A stretch of DNA of 64,000 bases from an uncultured Microthrixaceae bacterium (GTDB lineage: Bacteria; Actinomycetota; Acidimicrobiia; Acidimicrobiales; VFJN01): positions 263,663 through 327,662 of the forward strand of contig CAVSIC010000039.1 in the NCBI GenBank assembly GCA_963727905.1. Reading direction: 5' to 3'. Position numbers and translations under genes: made by a program. This document shows, one piece after another, positions 29,686 through 38,756 of this stretch; the stretch's first letter is position 1; the number at the start of each line of letters is the position of its first letter. Below the pieces are notes generated by a model, which was given only the letters and a program-made list of their open reading frames with translations, was not told the origin of the DNA and made no database searches.

Positions 29686-32600
29686 TCAGGCCAGGCTCTG
29701 ACCCTTCCGGCGCAGGCCGAAGCCCACGAGGAGGAGCATCAGGGCGATGGCGGCCTCGGCCTCGATCGGACCGCCCGTGCGGGGCAGACCGGGCGTGCCG
29801 GGCTTCTCGGGGGTCTTCTCGCCACCGGGGACGTCGTCGCACTTCGACGGATCGCCGATCGTGGCGTCGCCATCCGAGTCGTTGGTGGCCTCGCCGTCGT
29901 TGCTGACGATGCCCGAGCCGTCGGCGTCCTGCTCGAGGGTGGCCGAGTTGCGGGAGGCGTTGCCGACACCGAGGTTGAGGCCGGCGTTGGCCAGACCCAG
30001 ACCGGCGTTGGTCGTGCCGCCGGTGATGGAGGACACGGCCAGGGCGCTGTCGACGTCGGCCGCCTGGGCGAAGTTGGTCGTGGACTGGTTGCCCGTGCCC
30101 TTGGCGTTGCCCGTGGCCACCTTGCCGGCACCATCGGACTTGTTGCTCGCCGTGCCGCCGTTGTGGGCCGTCTGGGCCAGGGCGATCGGGAGCAGGGCGT
30201 CGTTGATGGTGGCGTCCTGGATGGTGGTGGCATCGTTCTGGGAGATGTTCCCGATCGCCAGGTTCAGACCGCTGTTGGCCAGGCCCACGCCGGCGTTGAG
30301 CACGCCGCCCGCCTCCGTGAGGATGACGAGGCCGCCACCCGTGGAGAGGTTGAGGTCCTGCGTCAGCGTGGTGGACGACACGTTGCCGCTGGCGAAGGCG
30401 GCGCCGGTGCACACGCACGCCTCGCCGTCGGAGCTGTTCGACGCCTCACCCGAGTTGGCCGCCGTGATGGGGCCGAGGGCGAGGAAGCTCGTCGGGTCGG
30501 TCTCGCCCGAGACGATGTCGGCGGACTGGCGCTCGGCGTCGTCACCGGTGAGGGTGGCCTGGTTGGCCGAGAGGTTGCCGACGGCGGCGTTGAGGCCGGA
30601 GTTGGCGACGCCGATCCCGATGTTGGCCACACCGGCCACCTGCGTCGGAGCGACGAGGCCGAGGCCCGACACCGTGCCGCTCTGGGCCTGGGTCAGGTTG
30701 GTGGCCGAGGCGTTGCCCGTGGCGAGGGCGCCGCCGGTCTTGACCTTGGCCGTGCCGTCCGAGCTGTTGCTGGCGGTGCCGGCGTTGGAGGCCGTGATGG
30801 CCCCGAGCGCCACGATGTCCAGGTCGTCGGTGTCGTCGTTGCCGGAGCCGACCCGAGCCGTCTGCTCGGCCTGGGCGGAGGCGTCGCTGCCCTGGAAGAA
30901 GTCGAACTGGCCGGCGGCGTTGCCGACGGCGGCGTTGAGGCCGGAGTTGGCGATGCCGACGCCCACGTTGGCCACACCGGCCACCTGGGTGCCGATCACG
31001 AGACCGGCGCCGTCGACGGAGCTGTCGGGATCCTGGTTGAGGAAGGTCGAGGACACGTTGCCCTGGCCCTGCGCCCCGCCGGTGATGACGTCGGCCTGGC
31101 CGTCGGACGTGTTGCTCGCCTCGCCGCTGTTCGACGCCGTGATCGGGCCGAAGGCGATGATGCTGACGTCGCCGGGATCGAGGTCGTTGTCAGAGCCGAT
31201 CTCGGCGGTCTGCTCCAGGTCGGCGGACGCGCCGCCGCGGGGGTCGCCGTTCAGCGAGGCGTTGCCGATGCCGACGTTGCCGCCGCTGTTGGCCACGCCG
31301 AGACCGTTGTTGATCACGCCGCCCAGCTGCGTGTTGAGCACCATCCCGAGGCCCGAGACGTCGCCGCCGGTGGCCTGGGTGAGCTCGGTCTGGGAGACGT
31401 TGCCGGTGCCCATGGCGTCGCCGGTGGTGATGTTGGCGGTGCCGTCGGAGGTGTTGCTGGCCGTGCCGTTGTTGGTGGCCGTGATGAACGTGCCGACGAT
31501 GTCGATGTCGTCGACGTCGGGCGAGTTGTCCGAGCCGATCGAGGCCTTCTGGTCGAGGTCGACGGCGTTCTGCGAGATGTTGCCGACAGCGACGTTGCCG
31601 CCGCTGTTGCCAAGGCCCACGCCGGAGTTGACCACGTCGGCGGCCTGGGTGTTGATGATGCCGCCGAGGCCGGAGATGGTGCCGCCCTCGCTCTGGCGGA
31701 GGTGGGTCTGGCTCTTGTTGCCCCAGCCCTCGGCATTGCCCGTGGCGATGGAGGCGCTGCCGTCCGAGCTGTTCGAAGCGGTGCCGTTGTTGGCGGCCGT
31801 GATGATCCCGGCGAGGACGTTGACGGAGCCGACGTCGTCGTTGTCCGAGGCGATCTCGGCGGTCTGATCCTCGATGTCCGCATCGTTGACGGAGGCGTTG
31901 CCGACGGCGAGGTTGGCGCCGCTGTTGCCCACCCCGAGGCCGGTGTTCTGCACGGCGGCGACCTGCGTGTTGAGGATGAAGCCCGCACCATCGATGGCGC
32001 CGGTGGAACCCTGCTCGACCCAGGTCTCGCTGGAGTTGCCGGTGCCCGTGGCGTTGCCGGTGCGCACCGAGGCGGCACCGTCGGAGCTGTTCGAGGCCTC
32101 GCCGTTGTTCGAGGCGACGATGGTCCCGGCGATGATCGTCGGGGCGACGTTGCCCTCGGTGCCGATCTCGGCCGACTGGTCGCCGGCGTCGGCGGTGTTG
32201 TTGGAGACGTTGCCGACGGCGACGTTGCCACCGCTGTTGGCGATGCCCACGCCGGCGTTGGTGACGACGGCGAGCTGCGTCGGCAGGATGAGGCCGGTCG
32301 GGTCGATCGTCTGGCCGATCGTGGTCTTCGAGTCGTTGCCGGTGGCGACCGCGTTGCCGGTGGTGATGTGGGCCGAGCCGTCCGAGCTGTTGGAGGCCAT
32401 GCCGAAGTTGCCGATGACGCCGATGCCGATGGCGTCGGCCGGGAGCTCGGCGTTCTGCTCGACGAAGGCGTCGCCCTGCGAGACGTTGCCGATGCCGGCG
32501 TTCAGGCCGGAGTTGGCGACGCTGGCACCGATGTTCTGGACGGAGTTGACCTGCGGCAGGAGCTGGAAGGCGCCGCCCTCGGCCACAGCCGTCTGGCTGA

Positions 32601-33981
32601 CGTTGTTCTCGGCCACGTTGCCGTTGGCCCAGGCATCGCCCGAGTGCACGTCGGCGGAGCCGTCGGAGCTGTTGGACGCCAGGCCGAAGTTCCCGACCAC
32701 ACCGACGTCGAGGCCGCCCGAGGAGGGAGCGGTCTGGTCGACGTCAGCGTAGTTGTTGGAGGCGTTGCCGACCGCGGCGTTGAGGCCGGAGTTGGCAGCC
32801 GCGAGGCCGATGTTCAGGACGTTCGAGCCCTGGCTGATGATCGCACCGCCGCCGGGGCCCTCGATGTCCGAGTTGGCGTTCTGCGTGACGTTGGTCTTCG
32901 ACTGGTTGCCGACCGCCGAAGCGTTGCCGGTGGTGATGCCGGCCGAGCCATCGGACCAGTTGGAGGCCTCGCCGTTGTTGGAGGCCACGCCGATGATGTC
33001 CGGGTCGACGTCGTTGCCGATGCCCTGCTCGAGGAACGCACCCTGGTCGCCCGGGAAGAGGCCGCCGTCGCCGTTGTCGGCGACGTTGCCCACCGCAGCG
33101 TTGCCACCGGTGTTCGAGGCAGCGATGCCGACGTTGGCCACGAAGCTGTTCTGGTCGATGATCACGAGACCGCCGAGCGCACCGCCGGCGGAGCCGGTGG
33201 CCGACTGGACGATGTTGGTCTCGGACTGGTTGCCCGTGGCCGACGCGTTGCCGGTGTTGATGGTGGCCTTGCCGTCGGAGTTGTTGGTGGCCTTGCCGCT
33301 GTTGGCGGCGATGCCGGCCGCCGAGTTGGCGTCCTGCACGAGGCCGGCGGTGTTGTTCGAGCCGTTGCCGGCGGCGATGTTGCCGCCGCTGTTGGCCAGG
33401 GCCACGCCGCTGTTCAGGACGTTGGCGTCCTGGTTGATGACGAGGATGCCGCCGAGCAGGCCGTGCGCCGAGCCGTTGGCGGTCTGGTTGATCGTGGTGT
33501 TCGACCGGTTGCCGACCGAGCTGGCGTCGCCGGTGGAGATGGCGGCCGAGCCGTTGCTCGAGTTGGCGGCGGTGCCCGTGTTGGACGCCGGGCCGAGGCC
33601 GCTCGCGCCGGTCTGCTCGCCCGAGGCGGTGTTCACCGAGCCGTTGCCGATGGCGATGTTGCCGCCGGTGTTGGAGACCGCGGCGCCGACGTTGGAGACG
33701 TTGGCGCGCTGGTTGATCACCTGGATCGTGCCGAGGTTGCCCGAGACCGTGACGGTCTGGGTGCTGTTGGTCCCGGACTGGTTGCCGACGGCGGTGGCGT
33801 CACCGGAGTGCGCCTGACCCGTGCCATCGGAGACCGTGCCGGCGTCGCTCAGATCCTCGGCGTGGGCGGCGGACGCACCCAGGAGGGTGATCAGCGCACC
33901 TCCCGAGAGAGACAGGGCCAGGTTGCGAACGAACCGACCGCTCGTCGTCCGGTCCAGGTCGTCACCAGTGGTGATGGTCAA
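29686..33981 (-). CDS. Gly/Asn-rich repeat surface protein B, LPRTG-anchored (intact paralogue of A)
   Basis: TTG start after GGAGGA; signal ..SAAHA; 13 repeats; DGEACVCTG; PSKCDD..LPRTGG + TM + RRK. Confidence 0.9.
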   Translation of the reverse strand: MTITTGDDLDRTTSGRFVRNLALSLSGGALITLLGASAAHAEDLSDAGTVSDGTGQAHSGDATAVGNQSGTNSTQTVTVSGNLGTIQVINQRANVSNVGAAVSNTGGNIAIGNGSVNTASGEQTGASGLGPASNTGTAANSSNGSAAISTGDASSVGNRSNTTINQTANGSAHGLLGGILVINQDANVLNSGVALANSGGNIAAGNGSNNTAGLVQDANSAAGIAANSGKATNNSDGKATINTGNASATGNQSETNIVQSATGSAGGALGGLVIIDQNSFVANVGIAASNTGGNAAVGNVADNGDGGLFPGDQGAFLEQGIGNDVDPDIIGVASNNGEASNWSDGSAGITTGNASAVGNQSKTNVTQNANSDIEGPGGGAIISQGSNVLNIGLAAANSGLNAAVGNASNNYADVDQTAPSSGGLDVGVVGNFGLASNSSDGSADVHSGDAWANGNVAENNVSQTAVAEGGAFQLLPQVNSVQNIGASVANSGLNAGIGNVSQGDAFVEQNAELPADAIGIGVIGNFGMASNSSDGSAHITTGNAVATGNDSKTTIGQTIDPTGLILPTQLAVVTNAGVGIANSGGNVAVGNVSNNTADAGDQSAEIGTEGNVAPTIIAGTIVASNNGEASNSSDGAASVRTGNATGTGNSSETWVEQGSTGAIDGAGFILNTQVAAVQNTGLGVGNSGANLAVGNASVNDADIEDQTAEIASDNDDVGSVNVLAGIITAANNGTASNSSDGSASIATGNAEGWGNKSQTHLRQSEGGTISGLGGIINTQAADVVNSGVGLGNSGGNVAVGNISQNAVDLDQKASIGSDNSPDVDDIDIVGTFITATNNGTASNTSDGTANITTGDAMGTGNVSQTELTQATGGDVSGLGMVLNTQLGGVINNGLGVANSGGNVGIGNASLNGDPRGGASADLEQTAEIGSDNDLDPGDVSIIAFGPITASNSGEASNTSDGQADVITGGAQGQGNVSSTFLNQDPDSSVDGAGLVIGTQVAGVANVGVGIANSGLNAAVGNAAGQFDFFQGSDASAQAEQTARVGSGNDDTDDLDIVALGAITASNAGTASNSSDGTAKVKTGGALATGNASATNLTQAQSGTVSGLGLVAPTQVAGVANIGIGVANSGLNAAVGNLSANQATLTGDDAERQSADIVSGETDPTSFLALGPITAANSGEASNSSDGEACVCTGAAFASGNVSSTTLTQDLNLSTGGGLVILTEAGGVLNAGVGLANSGLNLAIGNISQNDATTIQDATINDALLPIALAQTAHNGGTASNKSDGAGKVATGNAKGTGNQSTTNFAQAADVDSALAVSSITGGTTNAGLGLANAGLNLGVGNASRNSATLEQDADGSGIVSNDGEATNDSDGDATIGDPSKCDDVPGGEKTPEKPGTPGLPRTGGPIEAEAAIALMLLLVGFGLRRKGQSLA

Positions 33982-34092
33982 CAGTCTCCTCCAGGAGCTT
34001 TGTCGTGGGGCGGGCCCACGGGATTCAGATCGGGGGGGTGGCAGCGTCGAAGATCGGCGTGCCGCCGGGAAGCAAAGGCGTGAAGCCCGAGC

Positions 34093-34114
34093 AATGTAAC
34101 GCAAAACGTACTGC
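34093..34114 (-). promoter_or_regulatory. Candidate promoter element GCAGTAC-N9-TACATT
   Basis: -10-like TACATT in an AT-richer stretch; matches the element upstream of paralogue A. Confidence 0.4.
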
Positions 34115-34289
34115 AACGCCCGACACCAGTGGCGCACTGCTTCGGACGGCCCAGATCATGCCGCTCGTCGGGGGTCCGGTCAAACGCCCATCTCCCGGGA
34201 TCTCGGGCCTCGCACACCCGAAAATCCCGGAGAATCCGCCAGGGGGTGATGTTGCGCCACCTACCTACGTGTGGGTGAATGGACGGGCC

Positions 34290-36029
34290 ATGGCACCGGA
34301 CACCCCCGAGCCCGAGGCGCCCAGGCCCGGAACGCCCCGGTCGGAGGGCGACGCCCCCCGCCCGCCCAGGATCCTGGTGGAGGTCGGGGACCTCGAGGAC
34401 CCCGCGGAGTGGGACGTGATCCTGGTCGAGAACCAGGAGATCGACGACGAGACGGCCCGCCGGATCGCCGCCCAGCGGGCCGGGCGGCCCGAACCCCCGA
34501 CCAACCCCCGCCTCGGCCCCCGCATGCCGGCCGGGCCCTCCGTGTCGCTGCCCTCGCTCGACGAGCGGGACGTGATCCAGGCCTTCGAGACCGATCGCGA
34601 TGCCGAGGACGCCACCGAGATCGACGTCGACGCCTTCCTCCGCCCCGACGACGGCACCCCGCTGCGCCGCCGCGAGGTGGCGGAGCTGCCGCCGGAGCAC
34701 GACGCCTTCGCCGACCACCCCGAGCCCGGCGACGAACCGGACGAGCCGGAGCCGGTGGCGGAGGAGCCCGAGCCGGAGCCCGAGGTCGAGGAGCCCGAGG
34801 TCGAGGAGCCCGAGGCCGAAGCCGAGCAGCCCGTCGACGCGTGGGCGCCGGCCGTGCGCGAGGGCCCCGTGCTGCTCGACGACCCCGACGACGCGTTCTA
34901 CGCGCTCGGTGATGCGGAGGTCGTGGTCGACGCGCCGACGGTCGACGAGGACGCGCCTCCCACCGAGGACGAGGCGGCGTTCGCACCCGAGCCGTCCGGC
35001 GACGACGCCGACGACGCGACGTCCGAGGATGCGGACGACGACGAGGACGGCGACACCGGCGCGTCCGACGACGGGGACACCGAGGCCGAAGCCCAGACCG
35101 ATGCCCCGAACGAGCTCGACGGCGATGAGCCGGTCGAGCCGAGCGGGTGGGACCTCAGCGCGGTCGCGCTCGACGAGGAGCGCGAGCTGCTCGACGATCC
35201 CGACGACGCGTTCTACGCGCTCGGTCGCAACCGCATCGCCGCGTTCCGCCCGGTCCCCGGCGCACCCGTCGTGCCGCCCTTGCCGGCGCCCACCGCTCGG
35301 CTGAGCTCGGACCTGTGGGGCACAGACGGCACCGCACCGCCGCCCGAGGAGGAGGTGTTCGAGGACGAGGTGGAGGTCGACTCCAGCTTTCCGCTCGGCC
35401 CTGACGACCTGGTGATCGACGGTGACGTCGAGCCGGTCGCGCTCGACGAGCTCGACTACGCCAACGTGTTCGGCCCGGTGGAGGGCGACCTCAGCATCCC
35501 CGACCTCGACGCGCCGCCGACCGAGCGCCGCCGGCGCGGCGCCAAGCCGGCCTACGAGGACGACCTCTACGTGTTCGAGGACGACGATCGGCACTGGCCG
35601 GTCCCCGAGCCGCGAGGCGGCCGCCGCCGCGAGCTGGTCGCGCTCGGCCTCGCCGCCGGGATCGTCGTCGCCCTCGGCGTCGGGAGCCAGGTGTTCGCCA
35701 AGCCGGACCGGCAGGAGAACGTCACCGAGCAGTCGACCACCAGCACCACGCGCCCGCGGGTGCGCACGAGCGACACGAGCGCCCCCGACCTCACCCTGCC
35801 GACGGTGCCCGCCGACGAGCCCGCGGACCCGGGGGGCGTCACCGTCACCACCAAGCCGCGCACCAACACGACGGTGAAGGGCAAGCCGACCACGCCGACC
35901 ACGCCGACCACGGCGTCACCGACCCCGACCACCGAGGCACCCACCACCACCGCGGCGCCCACCACCACTGCGGCGCCCACCACCACTGCGGCGCCCACCA
36001 CCACTGCCCCGCCCGACGAGGGACCCTGA
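34290..36029 (+). CDS. Highly acidic, disordered cytoplasmic domain + single TM + Thr/Pro-rich extracellular tail
   Basis: D/E/P-rich ORF with high-GC3 codons; TM LVALGLAAGIVVALGVG; PTTTAA repeats. Confidence 0.7.
   Translation: MAPDTPEPEAPRPGTPRSEGDAPRPPRILVEVGDLEDPAEWDVILVENQEIDDETARRIAAQRAGRPEPPTNPRLGPRMPAGPSVSLPSLDERDVIQAFETDRDAEDATEIDVDAFLRPDDGTPLRRREVAELPPEHDAFADHPEPGDEPDEPEPVAEEPEPEPEVEEPEVEEPEAEAEQPVDAWAPAVREGPVLLDDPDDAFYALGDAEVVVDAPTVDEDAPPTEDEAAFAPEPSGDDADDATSEDADDDEDGDTGASDDGDTEAEAQTDAPNELDGDEPVEPSGWDLSAVALDEERELLDDPDDAFYALGRNRIAAFRPVPGAPVVPPLPAPTARLSSDLWGTDGTAPPPEEEVFEDEVEVDSSFPLGPDDLVIDGDVEPVALDELDYANVFGPVEGDLSIPDLDAPPTERRRRGAKPAYEDDLYVFEDDDRHWPVPEPRGGRRRELVALGLAAGIVVALGVGSQVFAKPDRQENVTEQSTTSTTRPRVRTSDTSAPDLTLPTVPADEPADPGGVTVTTKPRTNTTVKGKPTTPTTPTTASPTPTTEAPTTTAAPTTTAAPTTTAAPTTTAPPDEGP
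35940..36011 (+). repeat. 18-bp tandem repeat x4 (PTTTAA)
   Basis: cccaccaccac(c/t)gcggcg units; the last unit is degenerate. Confidence 0.85.
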
Positions 36030-36030
36030 C

Positions 36031-37803
36031 GTGAACGACGCCCCTCAGTCCCTCGACCTGGGCCCGCTCGACGAGATCCGTCCGGGCGCCTGGTTCGCGC
36101 CGGGACGGCAGATGGTCGTGAACGACCGGCTCGTGCAGGGCCTCCGCTTCTCGCGCCACATCACCCAGGACGAGCTCGTCTCGGGCTGGCTCGAGGTGGT
36201 GCCCGACTTCGCGGCGATCGCCGCGTTCGCCCATCGGGTGGAGCTCACGACGGGCGGCACCGTCGAGGTCGTCGAGCTCGACGGCGACGACCTCGCTCCC
36301 CACCAGCGCTCGCGGCTGGTCCTGCGGGGCGCCGACGGGTGGCTCGACGGGGGCGCCGCGGGGGGCACCGCGATCCTCTCCCTCGACGACGGGCGGCTCG
36401 ACCTCCGGTGGGCGCCCCCCCTCGGCGAGCTCGAGCTCGACCCCATGCCCATCGCGGCGACCTTCGAGCAGCTCGGCGGCGGCGAGCCCGTGCCGCTGCT
36501 GGACCTGGTGCTCCACCTGCTCATCGACCACCGCGGGCTCTTCGAGGCCGACGCCCCGCTGCCGCTGCGCGACCTCCTGCTCGTCGCGGGGCTCGACGTC
36601 GAGGGCACCACCGTCGTGCGCGCCGAGATGCGCCCCGCCGCCCGCGGCGCCGATCCCGTCGGCCTGCCCGGCCTGGGTCTGTCTTCGGCCCTGGCCGCCG
36701 AGCGGCTCCTCGGCGCGGCCCTGGACCCGTCCACCGCAGCCGTCGACGAGGTCCTCGAGGCGCTGGCCGATGCCGACGCCGTCGCCGCGGTCGCCGAGCA
36801 GATCGTGGGTGGCGCGCTCATCGAGCCCGGGCAGCTGGGCCAGCTCGTCACCACCCTCGAGACCGCCGCCGGACCCGCCCACCACGCCGCCGTCTCCTTC
36901 CTCCGCTCCCGGCTCGCCGAGTGGGAGGGCGACGCCGTCGCCCAGGAGGCCGCTCTGGCTCCCGCGGTGGCCGCGCAGCACCCGGCCGCCCTGCTCGACG
37001 CCGCGTGGTTCGCCGGCGACCGGGGCGACGCCCGCGAGGCGATCGCGCTCCTGCGCTCCGCCCACGTGCCGACCGACGACCCCGACCTCGAGCTCCTGGC
37101 CCGGTTCACGGCCAACGGGCCGCGCTGGGTCGGGCGCAACGACCCGTGCTGGTGCGGGTCGGGCCGCAAGCACAAGCACTGCTGCATCCACCTCAGCGGC
37201 CACGACCTCACCGCCCGGGTGCCGTGGCTGCACGCCAAGGCCGTGTCCTTCCTGCAGCGCCCCCCAGCCCGGGCCACGCTCCTCGCGGTCGCCACCACCA
37301 GCGCCGGGCTCACCTCGCCCGACGATGCCCCGGCTCGGGTGATCGCGGCCGCGTGCGATGCCTCCGTGGCCGAGCTGTGCCTCTTCGAGGGCGGGCTGTT
37401 CGCCCGGTTCGTCGAGCACCGCGGCGCGCTCCTCCCCGACGACGAGCGGGAGCTGGCGGAGAGCTGGGCGGCGCAGCGCCACCAGATCTGGGACGTCCTG
37501 GCCGACGGCAGCGCCCTCCGGCCCGTCGGCGGGGGCCCCGACCGGCCCCTGGACCCGTGGTCGCGGTCCAAGCTGCACGGCCCCGGGCTGGTCATGGCGG
37601 TCGTCCAGCCGGGCCCGATCGCGCTCCCCGGACCCGCCGTCACGGTGGTCCCGGGCCTGGTCGACCAGCTCGTCGGGCTGCTGGGCGGAGGCGACGTGCA
37701 CACCCTCGCCGGGTTCCTCGGACGCGAGCTCGGATGGACCTCGGCTCCCGACCTAGGCTCGGACCCCGACCCCGCACCGGACGCGCTGGCTCCCACGCCC
37801 TAG
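36031..37803 (+). CDS. SEC-C motif (Zn-binding) domain protein
   Basis: VGRNDPCWCGSGRKHKHCC internal motif. Confidence 0.85.
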   Translation: MNDAPQSLDLGPLDEIRPGAWFAPGRQMVVNDRLVQGLRFSRHITQDELVSGWLEVVPDFAAIAAFAHRVELTTGGTVEVVELDGDDLAPHQRSRLVLRGADGWLDGGAAGGTAILSLDDGRLDLRWAPPLGELELDPMPIAATFEQLGGGEPVPLLDLVLHLLIDHRGLFEADAPLPLRDLLLVAGLDVEGTTVVRAEMRPAARGADPVGLPGLGLSSALAAERLLGAALDPSTAAVDEVLEALADADAVAAVAEQIVGGALIEPGQLGQLVTTLETAAGPAHHAAVSFLRSRLAEWEGDAVAQEAALAPAVAAQHPAALLDAAWFAGDRGDAREAIALLRSAHVPTDDPDLELLARFTANGPRWVGRNDPCWCGSGRKHKHCCIHLSGHDLTARVPWLHAKAVSFLQRPPARATLLAVATTSAGLTSPDDAPARVIAAACDASVAELCLFEGGLFARFVEHRGALLPDDERELAESWAAQRHQIWDVLADGSALRPVGGGPDRPLDPWSRSKLHGPGLVMAVVQPGPIALPGPAVTVVPGLVDQLVGLLGGGDVHTLAGFLGRELGWTSAPDLGSDPDPAPDALAPTP

Positions 37804-37861
37804 CCTCGTCCGGGTCCTCTGCGGACCGTCCTGTTCCCGACCTCCACAAGGTGTCCACCGC

Positions 37862-38755
37862 ATGCTTGATCTGAGCACCGCTGTGCTGTGCGACTTCGCC
37901 CAGGTGCGCGACCGCCTCCTGTTCGTCTCGTCCGGCGCGGTGTCCCGCCTGTACCGCCAGGAGCTCCCGTCGCCCCTCGGCCTCATGGTCGGGCTGGTCA
38001 TCGAGGTGCCCCTCGAGGACGCAGGCATGGACCACCAGCTGCGGGCCGAGGTCATCAACCGCCACGGCACCGTGCTCGCCACCCTCGAGAACACCTTCCG
38101 GGTCAGCGACGTCGGCCTGTTCCCCCACGAGGTGCAGCAGGTCCCGCTGGTCCTGTCGATCACCGGTGTGCGGGCCCGCACCTGGGGCACCCACCAGGTC
38201 CGCCTCTACCTCGACGGCGAGCTGGTCCGCGCCCTCACGCTCTACGTCGTGCCCGCCGCCGGACCGCAGACGGCCGTCCGGGCGGCGCCCACCCAGAGCC
38301 GCGTGGCCGACGACGAGGGCACCTTCGCCGGAGGCGGCGAGGACGTTCCCGCGTCGCCGCTCGGAGACGGCGACACCGACGCTCCGCAGCCGAGCTTCGC
38401 CGACGAGCCCGAGGGTGACGGCCACAGCGTCGTCCTCGAGGGCGACGATATCGGCGACCTCGACGCACCCGTGGTGCTCGACGAGCTCACCGCCCCGCCG
38501 CCCGCCCCGGCCCCGGCCCCGGCGTTCGCCCCGGCCCCCGCGCCCGAGGGCGAGCCGCTCCAGGCCGCGCCCCCGGCCCCCGAGGAGGCCGTGAACTGGG
38601 GCGATGCCCCGGCCCCCGCTCCCGCTCCGGAGCCCGAGCCCGGCGTGTTCGACTTCGAGGACAGCGACGATCTGGACCGTGAGCCCCCGACGCGACCGGC
38701 GGACGACCGCGAGGGCAGCCGATTCTCGTTCCGCTACCTCGTCGACGAGGACTGA
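37862..38755 (+). CDS. Hypothetical protein (DUF6941-like N-terminal beta domain + acidic Pro-rich tail)
   Basis: AVLCDFAQVRDRLLFVSSG..GTHQVRLYLDGE pattern. Confidence 0.6.
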   Translation: MLDLSTAVLCDFAQVRDRLLFVSSGAVSRLYRQELPSPLGLMVGLVIEVPLEDAGMDHQLRAEVINRHGTVLATLENTFRVSDVGLFPHEVQQVPLVLSITGVRARTWGTHQVRLYLDGELVRALTLYVVPAAGPQTAVRAAPTQSRVADDEGTFAGGGEDVPASPLGDGDTDAPQPSFADEPEGDGHSVVLEGDDIGDLDAPVVLDELTAPPPAPAPAPAFAPAPAPEGEPLQAAPPAPEEAVNWGDAPAPAPAPEPEPGVFDFEDSDDLDREPPTRPADDREGSRFSFRYLVDED

Positions 38756-38756
38756 G

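Noticed and set aside
25260-33981. CRISPR array, ice-nucleation protein or PE-PGRS interpretation of the repeats
   Set aside because: The repeats are degenerate coding repeats with no spacer structure or cas genes; they lack AGYGSTxT octamers and the PE domain/GGAGG pattern.
33982-34140. Possible c-di-AMP (ydaO) riboswitch in the leader of repeat protein B (CTGAATCC seen)
   Set aside because: The other conserved ydaO segments could not be found; a single short match is insufficient.
25126-34200. Genomic island integrated at tRNA-Gly carrying the repeat-protein genes
   Set aside because: No integrase, no duplicated tRNA 3' end (att) seen, and codon usage looks native.
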